Below are positions 53,219 to 61,921 of a stretch of DNA of 62,962 bases, piece by piece. Both the position numbers and the translations under genes were made by a program. The notes beneath the pieces were generated by a model. That model was given only the letters and a program-made list of their open reading frames with translations. It ran no database searches and was not told the origin of the DNA. Position 1 is the stretch's first letter; every line of letters begins with the position of its first letter. The stretch comes from a virus: positions 1 to 62,962 of the IMG/VR virus record IMGVR_UViG_3300034005_000004, one strand, 5' to 3'.

Positions 53219-53530
53219 ATGGTGAATAGCTCGTCACAAAAAGTTAGTAAGCCGCGAGCGCGAAACTTGCAACAAGGAAGAAGAAAAGCTAAGCTTCGGC
53301 GCGTGATAACTTTCATAGTTAAAGAGATTGCGATTCGGGCAGGCTTTAAGAACCCGAATGAGCTTGCGGAAGCAACAGGCTTGCACTATGAGAGCGTTCG
53401 CCGTCTCTGGACCGGGACTTCGCGGCGGCTCGATTTAGATACCCTTGAGAAGCTTTGCCTGACGCTTCAGGTTCCTCCCGGCCAGCTATTCTCTTTTGAT
53501 TTCGAGTTCAAGAAGACGGATAAGCAATGA
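53219..53530 (+). CDS. XRE/Cro-type HTH regulator
   Basis: 'NPNELAEATGLHYESVRRLW...LEKLCLTLQVPPGQLF'; ATG lies 7 nt after the -10, so it is probably leaderless. Confidence 0.7.
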   Translation: MVNSSSQKVSKPRARNLQQGRRKAKLRRVITFIVKEIAIRAGFKNPNELAEATGLHYESVRRLWTGTSRRLDLDTLEKLCLTLQVPPGQLFSFDFEFKKTDKQ

Positions 53531-53651
53531 CCGCTCTTGCTGAAAAGTGTAATTACCTGAAATGAGGTTAAGGCAAATAGTCGAACCCCTGTTAGAGCTT
53601 TCGCGCTTGCAATTAGCAGCGCGTGAAACCATGTGAAACAAGGAGTAAGCC

Positions 53652-54254
53652 ATGCCACAATCCGGGGCTGCACCATCAAGGGGTAACGCGATTCAAGATT
53701 ACGTCACCGTAGCCGAGCGCATAGAGAAATTCTATGAGCGGTTCCCTGAAGGCAGGATCATCACGAACATCATAGAGCACGAGAGGGAGACGGGCTTCAT
53801 CCTGTTTCAGGCGATGATCTACAGGAACGCGACCGATGAGACGCCCTGCGCGACAGGACATGCGTATGAGATGAAATCAGAGGGCCACGTTCAGCGCACT
53901 AGCTATATCGAGGTAGGAGAGACGAGCGCGGTAGGCAGGGCGTTAGCGATGGCGGGCTTTGAAGTGAGAAGGGGGATCGCAAGCCGGGAAGAGATGAGCA
54001 AAGCGTCGAGAGCCGACGGCTCTGGGGCTGTGACTGATGCGAAGAAAGAATCCTTCACTGAGGAGAATTGGCAGGCGGGCGAAGGCGCGCGAAAAAACAT
54101 CACGGATAAAGAGCTTGTTGCGGCTGAGCGTACCGGAAAGACTGTGCATGATCTTCGCGGCTACATAGCGGAGAAGTACAAGACGCGCGAGCCCTGGGCG
54201 CTGACGGCGCAACAGGTCGCTGACTACGGCAGCTATCTCGGGAAGGTGAAATAG
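53652..54254 (+). CDS. Conserved replication/recombination-module protein (possible ssDNA annealing, Sak3/DUF1071-like)
   Basis: 'SYIEVGETSAVGRALAMAGF' motif recalled from phage recombination proteins; position upstream of the initiator. Confidence 0.35.
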   Translation: MPQSGAAPSRGNAIQDYVTVAERIEKFYERFPEGRIITNIIEHERETGFILFQAMIYRNATDETPCATGHAYEMKSEGHVQRTSYIEVGETSAVGRALAMAGFEVRRGIASREEMSKASRADGSGAVTDAKKESFTEENWQAGEGARKNITDKELVAAERTGKTVHDLRGYIAEKYKTREPWALTAQQVADYGSYLGKVK

Positions 54255-54556
54255 TGAATTGCACTTCTCAAAATATGGATTCAGGTGTATGCTCCGAGAC
54301 CTAGCGCCTCGCTAGAAAGAAAGAGACCCGGAAGCGTTCCAACCGCCGCCGGGTCAAGATGGTTATGAGGTCGAACTTGCGGAACGACTCACACCGGAAA
54401 CAGGCTGATACTATCACCCGATTACTCGCGTGTAAAGCCCTATTTTCGTTGTGCGTCTTCCGCGACCGGAGAACGCACGATGGTAAGCTTCCCACCCGAT
54501 AGACGCACCTTAACTCACACACATACCGGGGCGACCTCTAAAGCGGAGGTTTCAAG

Positions 54557-55501
54557 ATGAGCATTCAAGTTATGAATCTCGTGTGGCAGAACGCGCCATA
54601 CCAGGAAGGCACGCTGCTCGTTTTGCTAGCTCTTGCCGATTGGTCAGACGACGACGGTAAATCATTCCCTTCAATCCCAAAGCTTTCTATCAAAGCGCGG
54701 CAGAGCGAGCGGAACATCCGCTACGCGCTGAAGCGCCTCGAAAAAGACGGCGTCGTCGCGATTAAGAGGGCTGTAGGCAGGGGCAATCAGAGTACCTATC
54801 AGATCAACCTGGCGAAGCTCAGGCAGATGCCCGCCGTCGGAATAAAAGGTGAAAATATTGCAGGTTTTAGAGGAGGGAGAAAACCTGCAAAGTCGAACAG
54901 GGAAAACCTGCAAAGTCGAACGGAAAACCTGCAAAGTCGAACAAGCCCATCATTTGTTATGAACCATCATGATAACCATCATGGTAATACGTCATCATCA
55001 GGCGACGACGCGAAGGTATCTCAGATGCTCTCTCATGACGGAGGCCAGGCGGATGCGAAGCAAGAGAGGGCTTGCCGCTCGCTCTTAAAGAGATTTCCCG
55101 CCGAGCCTGTAGAGCGATTCCTTGCCTGTTACGACGATGCTGTCTCGCAGATTCTTCCGCCCGGCCAGAAGCGCACCCGGGAGAGATGGCGCGAGGTCTT
55201 CCTCGGCTGGCGCACGGTAGAGACCTACTTCCCGCAATGGCTCAAGCTCAACCCTGCGTCGTCGTCGAACGGTCGGGATGATTGGCGTTCGGCTACCCGC
55301 AAGATAATAAGCGGCCTGAACTGCGATGTCATGACGGATACAGAGCTGAAGCACGTCGTCGGGCTGCTCGACGAAATTGACGAAGGCCGGGGAGACTTCG
55401 CGGTATTTAAAGCGCTCCTAGAAAGCCCTGAGTTGCCCGCCGGGTTGAGGGAGAAGTGTCTGGCGGTCGCGGATGGGCGCGTTGGAGGAGCGAAGCGATG
55501 A
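54557..55501 (+). CDS. Replication initiator-like winged-HTH protein
   Basis: N-terminal 'LLVLLALADWSDDDGKSFPSIPKLSIKARQSERNIRYALKRLEKDGVV'; iterons embedded in the gene. Confidence 0.6.
   Translation: MSIQVMNLVWQNAPYQEGTLLVLLALADWSDDDGKSFPSIPKLSIKARQSERNIRYALKRLEKDGVVAIKRAVGRGNQSTYQINLAKLRQMPAVGIKGENIAGFRGGRKPAKSNRENLQSRTENLQSRTSPSFVMNHHDNHHGNTSSSGDDAKVSQMLSHDGGQADAKQERACRSLLKRFPAEPVERFLACYDDAVSQILPPGQKRTRERWREVFLGWRTVETYFPQWLKLNPASSSNGRDDWRSATRKIISGLNCDVMTDTELKHVVGLLDEIDEGRGDFAVFKALLESPELPAGLREKCLAVADGRVGGAKR
54857..54942 (+). repeat. Iteron array (candidate replication origin) inside the initiator gene
   Basis: GAAAACCTGCAAAGTCGAAC at 54879, 54902 and 54923 (23- and 21-bp spacing), plus inverted TTGCAGGTTTT upstream. 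Confidence 0.6.
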
Positions 55502-55659
55502 ACAATTCAAAAGACAAAGAGGGCGAAGATCAAACCGAAACACGCGAATGCGATCAGGCGACATCTTTCGACGTGCGTGAGTGGACCGAAGCGGATTGGC
55601 GGCGGCTAGAGAACACGCTGCACGTCGCATGGGTCCGAAGAATGGCGCGATTGAATTAG
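55498..55659 (+). CDS. Small acidic hypothetical protein
   Basis: ATGA overlap, GGAGGAG RBS. Confidence 0.55.
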   Translation: MNNSKDKEGEDQTETRECDQATSFDVREWTEADWRRLENTLHVAWVRRMARLN

Positions 55660-55666
55660 GGGATAT

Positions 55667-56527
55667 ATGAAGCACATTGTTGGGTTCTCAGGCGGAATAG
55701 ACTCTCAGGCTTGCGCCCGTTGGGTGCTGAATCGCTTCGGCCCTGAAGATACGATCATCGTTAATTCAGACGCTGGCGGCAACGAAGACCCGATCACTAC
55801 AGCTCATGTCGAATGGTATTCCGAGAATGTTCATCCTGTTGTGATGCTCTCGCCAATCGTCGCAGACATGGGCGGTCGAGCGAAGGGCAAGATCGCCGAG
55901 CTAGGGCTATCCCCGAACGATCCGCTCACCTTTGACCTGCTCGCAATTCTTAAACAGCGCTTTCCGAGCCGGAAAGCGCAATTCTGCACCGAACACCTGA
56001 AGCTTATACCGATGCTCCGCTGGCAGCAGCTAGTCTTCAGCGTGGGCGGTCAGTACGAAAGGGAGGATTACGAGCGGTACGCAGGGGTTCGCCGCGATGA
56101 AAGCGAGAAGCGTAGACACGCTTTAGAGCGAGAGTGGGACGCCCTATTTGACTGCTGGCTGAATCGCCCACTCGTAGAGTGGGATAAGCAGCGATGCTTC
56201 GATTACGTGCATTCTCACGGGGAAGAATCGAATCCTCTTTACAGATTGGGCTTTAATCGGGTTGGCTGCGCGCCGTGTATCAATTCGGGCAAAGATGACA
56301 TCCTGGCGTGGGTCCAAAGGCGGCCCGCGATGATCGAAAAGATTCGCGTTTGGGAAAACCGCGTTGGTCGCCCATATTTCCCGCCGATGGTTCCAGGCAT
56401 GTATATCAACTGGATTGATGACGTTATTCAGTGGGCGCAGACCTCGCACGGCGGCAGGCAGGCGAACTTTCTGCGCGTCTTGAATGATCGACCTAACTGC
56501 GAGAGCAAGTATGGATTATGCGAGTGA
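55667..56527 (+). CDS. PP-loop ATP pyrophosphatase, PAPS-reductase-like
   Basis: 'FSGGIDSQA' PP-loop, 'GVRRDESEKR', 'RVGCAPC' motifs. Confidence 0.75.
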   Translation: MKHIVGFSGGIDSQACARWVLNRFGPEDTIIVNSDAGGNEDPITTAHVEWYSENVHPVVMLSPIVADMGGRAKGKIAELGLSPNDPLTFDLLAILKQRFPSRKAQFCTEHLKLIPMLRWQQLVFSVGGQYEREDYERYAGVRRDESEKRRHALEREWDALFDCWLNRPLVEWDKQRCFDYVHSHGEESNPLYRLGFNRVGCAPCINSGKDDILAWVQRRPAMIEKIRVWENRVGRPYFPPMVPGMYINWIDDVIQWAQTSHGGRQANFLRVLNDRPNCESKYGLCE

Positions 56528-56578
56528 GCAGCGGTCATTGATGACCGCAGAGATTCAGTAGAAATGTAACGGAGGAAG

Positions 56579-56854
56579 ATGATGGAACCAGCAACCGAGA
56601 TCAACAGGAAATCGCGCAGGGGAGGCAGAGCGAAGCAGGCGAACTTGCCCGGCATGGAAGATCGCAGGATCAAAGACATTCACAGCGCGGCAGAGAGTTA
56701 CGTCGCCGTCCGTGATGAGCGCATGCGGCTCACAACCGAAGAGGTGGAGGCAAAGAAGAAGCTCGGAGAGGCATATGAAGAAGCACAACATGACGAGCTA
56801 CAGCTTCGACGGGCTTCAGGTGACCGTAGAGCAAGACGTTGTCGAGACAGTTAA
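56579..56854 (+). CDS. Small conserved phage protein (possibly frameshifted; see finding)
   Basis: 'LPGMEDRRIKDIHSAAESYVAVRDERMRLTTEEVEAKKKL'; the expected continuation is in the +1 frame (56775-56885). Confidence 0.5.
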   Translation: MMEPATEINRKSRRGGRAKQANLPGMEDRRIKDIHSAAESYVAVRDERMRLTTEEVEAKKKLGEAYEEAQHDELQLRRASGDRRARRCRDS

Positions 56855-56881
56855 GGTCAAGGTCGCGAAGAAAGAGGAAGA

Positions 56882-57754
56882 GTGATCTCCAGCAAGCTGA
56901 TAACACTTGAAAGACGACTGCCTGAGCGTGATGCAATCAGGGTCTTTCCTGCGCGTAACAAGTGGACACCTGACGACGAGCTTGCATTCGTCGGCGATCC
57001 TCCTCTTGAAGCATTTCGGCCTGGCACGCCTGATACTCCCGTGCTTGTCAGCGTTACCTTCACCTGGCATCGTCGCGAAGGCGAAAGGCTTCAGGCTGCG
57101 TGGGGTCAATATTACAGGGACGTGCGAATTGGCGGGCCTGCTTATGGTAACCCCGGCGGTGAGTTCACGCCGGGGCTGTTTATAAAGCGCGGCTGCACGA
57201 TCACAAGTAGAGGATGCTCAAAGAAGTGTGGTTGGTGTGATGTGCCGACCCGTGAAGGCGCGATCCGCGAGCTTGATATTAAGCCGGGCTGGATTGTGCA
57301 GGATAACAACCTGCTTGCCTGCTCAGAAGATCACATCCGCCGCGTTTTCGAGATGCTCAAGGAACAGAAGCGACGAATCTATTTCAATGGCGGCCTTGAT
57401 AAGCATTACTTGAAAGACTGGCATCGGCTCCTGTTTGACTCAATCCATATAGGCGAGCTGTGGTTTGCCTGTGATACCGCCGCAGACATTCCGCACTTAG
57501 AGAGAGCCGCGAAAATCTTAGACGGCATCCCGCTCAGAAAGCGGCGCTGTTACACGATGATAGGTTATGACGGCGAGAGCCTGGCAGATGCAGAGCGCAG
57601 AATTGAGCGCGTCTTTCGATTAGGTTTCATGCCTTTCTGTCAACTCTACCAGCCGGAGGAAACGAAGGTGTACCCGCTTGAGTGGCGACAGCTTCATCGG
57701 AAATGGTCACGCCCGGCGGCCTATATGCCTGGCGTGAGCGAGGGCGAAGGCTGA
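56882..57754 (+). CDS. Radical SAM enzyme
   Basis: 'CSKKCGWC' CX3CX2C cluster motif near aa 110; GTG start overlapping the upstream stop. Confidence 0.7.
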   Translation: MISSKLITLERRLPERDAIRVFPARNKWTPDDELAFVGDPPLEAFRPGTPDTPVLVSVTFTWHRREGERLQAAWGQYYRDVRIGGPAYGNPGGEFTPGLFIKRGCTITSRGCSKKCGWCDVPTREGAIRELDIKPGWIVQDNNLLACSEDHIRRVFEMLKEQKRRIYFNGGLDKHYLKDWHRLLFDSIHIGELWFACDTAADIPHLERAAKILDGIPLRKRRCYTMIGYDGESLADAERRIERVFRLGFMPFCQLYQPEETKVYPLEWRQLHRKWSRPAAYMPGVSEGEG

Positions 57755-57759
57755 AGGCT

Positions 57760-58308
57760 ATGACGACGATTCATCTGAGCGCAAATGAAGCATCACGCCT
57801 CGGCCTGCTTGAGCCGATAGAGGATGCATTCTGCGCCCAGATGGTCAGGGCGGGCCTCGACGTTCGTGAGCGTGATGTTCTGTTTCACGACGAGCGGCAA
57901 TGGCGCGCGGATTACGTCGTCGTCGTGTGTGACTCAGGCGGGCGCACTCATCGCGTCATGGTAGAGCTTGACGGCGGCATCTTCGATAACTCACGCGGCC
58001 CGGCCTGTCGCGTGTGCAGGCGACCGCAGCCGGGCGCGCACGGCACAGGCAAAGGGATCATGCGCGACATCGAAAAATCAAACGAGGCTCAACGGCTCGG
58101 CTACTTGTTTGTAAGAATCCCAACTCATTGGGTAAGGGACTCGCGCGGCAATATGATCACGCGCGGGATCGACTACCTGCAACTGTTCATCGAAACGATA
58201 AAACAAAAGAAGGTCACAGATGGATCAAGCAACAAAGACAGGCGAGCTGCCCGGCCCGGTATCGTTCGTGCAAAACGAGGACGAAGCTATCCTCGTCGTA
58301 GAGCTTGA
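57760..58308 (+). CDS. PD-(D/E)XK (Vsr/DUF559-like) endonuclease-fold protein
   Basis: 'VMVELDGGIF...GAHGTGKGIMRDIEKSNEAQRLGYLFVRI' resembles the E-x-D-G...D-x-x-K arrangement. Confidence 0.5.
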   Translation: MTTIHLSANEASRLGLLEPIEDAFCAQMVRAGLDVRERDVLFHDERQWRADYVVVVCDSGGRTHRVMVELDGGIFDNSRGPACRVCRRPQPGAHGTGKGIMRDIEKSNEAQRLGYLFVRIPTHWVRDSRGNMITRGIDYLQLFIETIKQKKVTDGSSNKDRRAARPGIVRAKRGRSYPRRRA

Positions 58309-58789
58309 GGCGAAAGACATCACGACGGCCCACGTCAGCGCGACCGACGGCGTTCATCATTACCGCATATCGGTCCCGTCAGTGTTGATCCCTCAGAGCG
58401 CACAGGAGGGCGAGACCCTGTTCATGCTCTGCGTTCGCAAGGGCGTGATAGAGGCGGCGATGCAGGGCGTTGAAGACGTAGAGATCGCCGATATGGTAAG
58501 GCACGTCGCGCCGAGGCTCATCGAGGGCATCGTCTCAGACTGCCCCTATAAGATCACTCACGTCTACGTGCAAGAGATTTCAACCAACAGGGACACGCCC
58601 ATCGTCTCGCCTGTCTGCCCCGTCGGAGTCTATACGACAAGACTCTACCCGTGCGTGCTGCCCGCCGTTTTCCTGGTAGACGGCGCTGAGCCAGGCTCTA
58701 AGCACACAATCGTTTCTTTCCCTGGCACGATCAGCGCGGAGAAGCTCGACGGCTTGATCCGGGCGGCGACGGAAGGCGGTGCGGAATGA
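58220..58789 (+). CDS. Hypothetical protein
   Basis: 189-aa ORF; 89-nt overlap with the upstream ORF tail. Confidence 0.55.
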   Translation: MDQATKTGELPGPVSFVQNEDEAILVVELEAKDITTAHVSATDGVHHYRISVPSVLIPQSAQEGETLFMLCVRKGVIEAAMQGVEDVEIADMVRHVAPRLIEGIVSDCPYKITHVYVQEISTNRDTPIVSPVCPVGVYTTRLYPCVLPAVFLVDGAEPGSKHTIVSFPGTISAEKLDGLIRAATEGGAE

Positions 58790-59094
58790 GCTTGATATGG
58801 ACCGAGGCGCAGGGGGCAAGCCCCTTCGATTATCTCTCTCGTCTTCTTTCGCGCGCAGGGGTAGCTATAGACAGGATGCTCACGCGCCTGCTCATCAAAG
58901 ACGCGCCCGTAAAGCCGAGGCGGATCACGGCGACGATGATCGTCTGCGGCGACTGCGCCGGCAGGGCAGCAAACCCGCGAAAGACGATGCTCGCGGTTGA
59001 CGCGCTTTCCGGTGAGAGCTGCTGCGCAGACTGCGGCGGTCGATCATACGTGCTTGCTTCCAAGATGCGCGCAAGGTTGGAGGTCGAAGGTTGA
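58786..59094 (+). CDS. Zinc-ribbon hypothetical protein
   Basis: 'CGDCAG...x24...CADCGG'. Confidence 0.55.
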   Translation: MSLIWTEAQGASPFDYLSRLLSRAGVAIDRMLTRLLIKDAPVKPRRITATMIVCGDCAGRAANPRKTMLAVDALSGESCCADCGGRSYVLASKMRARLEVEG

Positions 59095-59111
59095 GCGTAG
59101 CGAACGCGACA

Positions 59112-59201
59112 ATGAGCCAGGCGATGCGCGTCTTAACGTCTCGCGGCACGGTGCAGTATTACACGCCGCCCGAATACATTGAGAATCGAAGAAAAGGGTA
59201 G
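59112..59201 (+). pseudogene. N-terminal remnant of a phage Dam-type methyltransferase
   Basis: 29-aa ORF 'MSQAMRVLTSRGTVQYYTPPEYIENRRKG*'; 'YYTPPEYI' parallels 'DWLTPPYI' of gene 35996; truncated at a lower-GC insertion. Confidence 0.3.
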
Positions 59202-59202
59202 T

Positions 59203-59706
59203 ATGGAAAAAGCAATAAGTGAAGTGATAGCAAAGCAGTATGACCTTAGAACCCCAGAAGGCCAAATGGGTGAATTTGCAGAAAAGGTAATATGGGAACT
59301 ATCACCGCATTCAAAGCCCGATGAATCTGACCCGATGGAAACGCTCAAACGATTGCTTGATGAGCGTGAAAAGCTTCAGGGTCGAATTATCAATGCTAAT
59401 GCCCTTATCAGTGACCTGTCGGGTGAGGATATAGACGATGCTCTTGAGGCCGACTTATCCTTGCGTATTCTAAGTTGGGCTACCCATGTTGATGCTTTCC
59501 AGCTTGCGGCAAAGCTGAATGAGCATAGAGCGATACAGCTTGAATACATAATCGGTCGCGCCGCGAAAGAATTGCTATCTCTTAAAGTGTCGGTGACTCC
59601 AAATACGCCAGCGTATGCCGCAGTAGATTTCGCACGCCATCTACGGATGACCGAAGGCGACTCTGAGGCTGATACCGACTTTGACGACATAATAGACCCT
59701 GAATGA
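59203..59706 (+). CDS. Acidic hypothetical protein in a lower-GC island
   Basis: ATG 59203; D/E-rich, ends 'EADTDFDDIIDPE'. Confidence 0.6.
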   Translation: MEKAISEVIAKQYDLRTPEGQMGEFAEKVIWELSPHSKPDESDPMETLKRLLDEREKLQGRIINANALISDLSGEDIDDALEADLSLRILSWATHVDAFQLAAKLNEHRAIQLEYIIGRAAKELLSLKVSVTPNTPAYAAVDFARHLRMTEGDSEADTDFDDIIDPE

Positions 59707-59888
59707 CCGGCAACAGAATCCCCTGCGTTCACGCGGCGGGAGGTTTCAATCCAACACGAAAGGAGAATCCAATTAGGAAGCTGAAAACCTGCTAGAAACT
59801 CACAAGGGGCGGCTCGTCGGGGGACGGGCCGCTTCCTACAACAGACAACAGCGCGCAGCAAGACGCGCAAACTCACGACGGAGACGAC

Positions 59889-61016
59889 ATGGCTGAGAAA
59901 ACAAGTATCGAATGGACTGACGCGACATGGAACCCGATTCGGGGTTGCTCACGGGTTTCTGAAGGCTGTCGTAACTGCTACGCGGAAGGGATTGCCGCGA
60001 GGTTCTCTGGAGCAAGGCGAGCCTACGAGGGACTCGCGCAGATGACGACGAGCGGGCCGCGATGGACTGGCGAAGTGCGTTTGATTGAGGACCATCTTCA
60101 AGACCCGCTAAGGTGGAAGAGCCCCCGCAGAATATTCGTCAACTCGATGAGCGATCTATTTCATGAATCAATTCCTGACGAGTGGGTAGATAGAATCTTT
60201 GCCGTCATGGCGCTTGCACCGCAGCACACCTTTCAGGTTCTGACGAAGCGAGCGGAGAGGCTTCCCGGTTACTTTAGCCAGATACATCACTGTGGCCCGT
60301 ATACCGACGTTATTACGCGGATTGCGGCTCACACGGAGACTATCGCGCCTATTAGACTCAGAAAGCTATGGCCTCTGCCTAACGTGCAGCTCGGCGTCTC
60401 GGTCGAGGATCAGAAGACGGCAGATGAGCGCATACCACATCTACTCAATACACCCGCTGCTGTTCGCTTTATTTCAGCGGAGCCGCTGCTCGGGCCGATT
60501 GACGTTGAACGGTATCTTGACCCTACAGGGTTCCAATGCATTGACCCTGACTGCGTTCACCGTTATCTCAAGTTTGTCGATGAAGACGATTATGAAACGA
60601 CATCGGATAACGACCCGATATGCCGTGACTGCGGCCAGGTAGGAACATGGACGGGTTATGAGCGTGGGGTTGATTGGGTGATCGTCGGCGGCGAATCAGG
60701 ACACAGCGCGCGGCCCATGCATCCACAATGGGCCAGGGGCTTGCGCGATCAATGCGATGCAGCCGGGGTGAGCTTCTTTTTTAAACAATGGGGTGAGTAT
60801 CGGCCTTTCACCCAAGCCGAAGTGGATGATCTATCAACGCCGGGGAGGCTTGTTGATGCTTACTGCGAGTGTGGGTATTACTGCGATGAAGCAGTCGGAC
60901 ACGTAGATCACGGAGCATTCCCGATGCGTCGCGTAGGCAAAAAGAAGGCGGGCCGCTTGCTCGATGGCCGAACCTGGGATGAGTTCCCTAACACAACGGA
61001 GCAGCATGACAGCTAA
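59889..61016 (+). CDS. Phage Gp37/Gp68 family (DUF5131) three-Cys protein
   Basis: 'SIEWTDATWNPIRGCSRVSEGCRNCYAE' N-terminal signature; 'GGESG' and 'FFFKQWGE' C-terminal motifs. Confidence 0.75.
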   Translation: MAEKTSIEWTDATWNPIRGCSRVSEGCRNCYAEGIAARFSGARRAYEGLAQMTTSGPRWTGEVRLIEDHLQDPLRWKSPRRIFVNSMSDLFHESIPDEWVDRIFAVMALAPQHTFQVLTKRAERLPGYFSQIHHCGPYTDVITRIAAHTETIAPIRLRKLWPLPNVQLGVSVEDQKTADERIPHLLNTPAAVRFISAEPLLGPIDVERYLDPTGFQCIDPDCVHRYLKFVDEDDYETTSDNDPICRDCGQVGTWTGYERGVDWVIVGGESGHSARPMHPQWARGLRDQCDAAGVSFFFKQWGEYRPFTQAEVDDLSTPGRLVDAYCECGYYCDEAVGHVDHGAFPMRRVGKKKAGRLLDGRTWDEFPNTTEQHDS

Positions 61017-61191
61017 GAAACTAGATAGCGCGCAGCGTCGTCGTCCTGCATCGAATAAAGACCGCCTGGCTGACGATCCTGTCTACCTCGTGCCTATGGA
61101 GTTATCGACCGACTACATCGCCGTGAGCCTTGAGAGGGCGTCGCTGCTCGGTCTTGAGCCGCGCCTTGTTCAGAAGAGCAAGCGGAAATGA
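61006..61191 (+). CDS. Small hypothetical protein
   Basis: ATG 61006 overlapping the upstream 3' end. Confidence 0.45.
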   Translation: MTAKKLDSAQRRRPASNKDRLADDPVYLVPMELSTDYIAVSLERASLLGLEPRLVQKSKRK

Positions 61192-61406
61192 CCAGACGGG
61201 CGCGAGGCGCGACGCACCGCTTCTGCGTCCACTGTGAGCGGTTGAAGCTCGTCGAGGAGATGGAGCCGTTATCGTGCGGGCTTCCTTCGGATTGCTGTAA
61301 AGAATGCGCGAGGGAGATAGACGATATGCTTGAGCAGGGGCGTGAATTCTTACTCAAGAAGTGGGAGGCGGATGCGAAGCGAGAGCGCGAAAAGGGGTTG
61401 AGATGA
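61188..61406 (+). CDS. Small Cys-containing hypothetical protein
   Basis: ATGA overlap; 'CVHC...CCKEC'. Confidence 0.5.
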   Translation: MTRRARGATHRFCVHCERLKLVEEMEPLSCGLPSDCCKECAREIDDMLEQGREFLLKKWEADAKREREKGLR

Positions 61407-61921
61407 CTGCCTATCAGATATATAGAGGCTCTGACGGCGCAATGACCCGCCGCTTTTATGCTGCGCTTGAGAAGCGCGGCCCGGTCGGCCTCGTGGCGAT
61501 GAATCTATTCAGGGCGCAGAAATGCTCTAAGCGGGCGAAGAAGTACGGCCCTTATGCTGGCGTTGGCGGCTCATCCTTTCGCGACCTCGCATACGAGCGC
61601 AAGGCTTACTCGCTAAAAGAGCTTGTTAGTGTCCTCAAAGAACACGGAGCTGCGCTCGGCATCATGTTTGGCTGGGGAAGAGACGAAGCGCAGGGCGTAA
61701 ACAAGTGGGTGCTGTACGTGGAGCTGCCCGGCGACGGCGGGCCTCAAATTCAACAGGTATCTTTTCACTCGCCTGATCGCTACGACGGGCCTGACTACCC
61801 CGGCAAATGGGACGGGCGGCACGCGAGTGAAGAGAGAATAATCAGCTTTTGCCAGAAGGTATTCGATGGACAAACAAGAGACCAGGCGAGCCGCGCTGAG
61901 AGTGTTATCGCGGCTCATTGA
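61403..61921 (+). CDS. Hypothetical protein
   Basis: ATGA overlap at 61403; 172 aa. Confidence 0.6.
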   Translation: MTAYQIYRGSDGAMTRRFYAALEKRGPVGLVAMNLFRAQKCSKRAKKYGPYAGVGGSSFRDLAYERKAYSLKELVSVLKEHGAALGIMFGWGRDEAQGVNKWVLYVELPGDGGPQIQQVSFHSPDRYDGPDYPGKWDGRHASEERIISFCQKVFDGQTRDQASRAESVIAAH

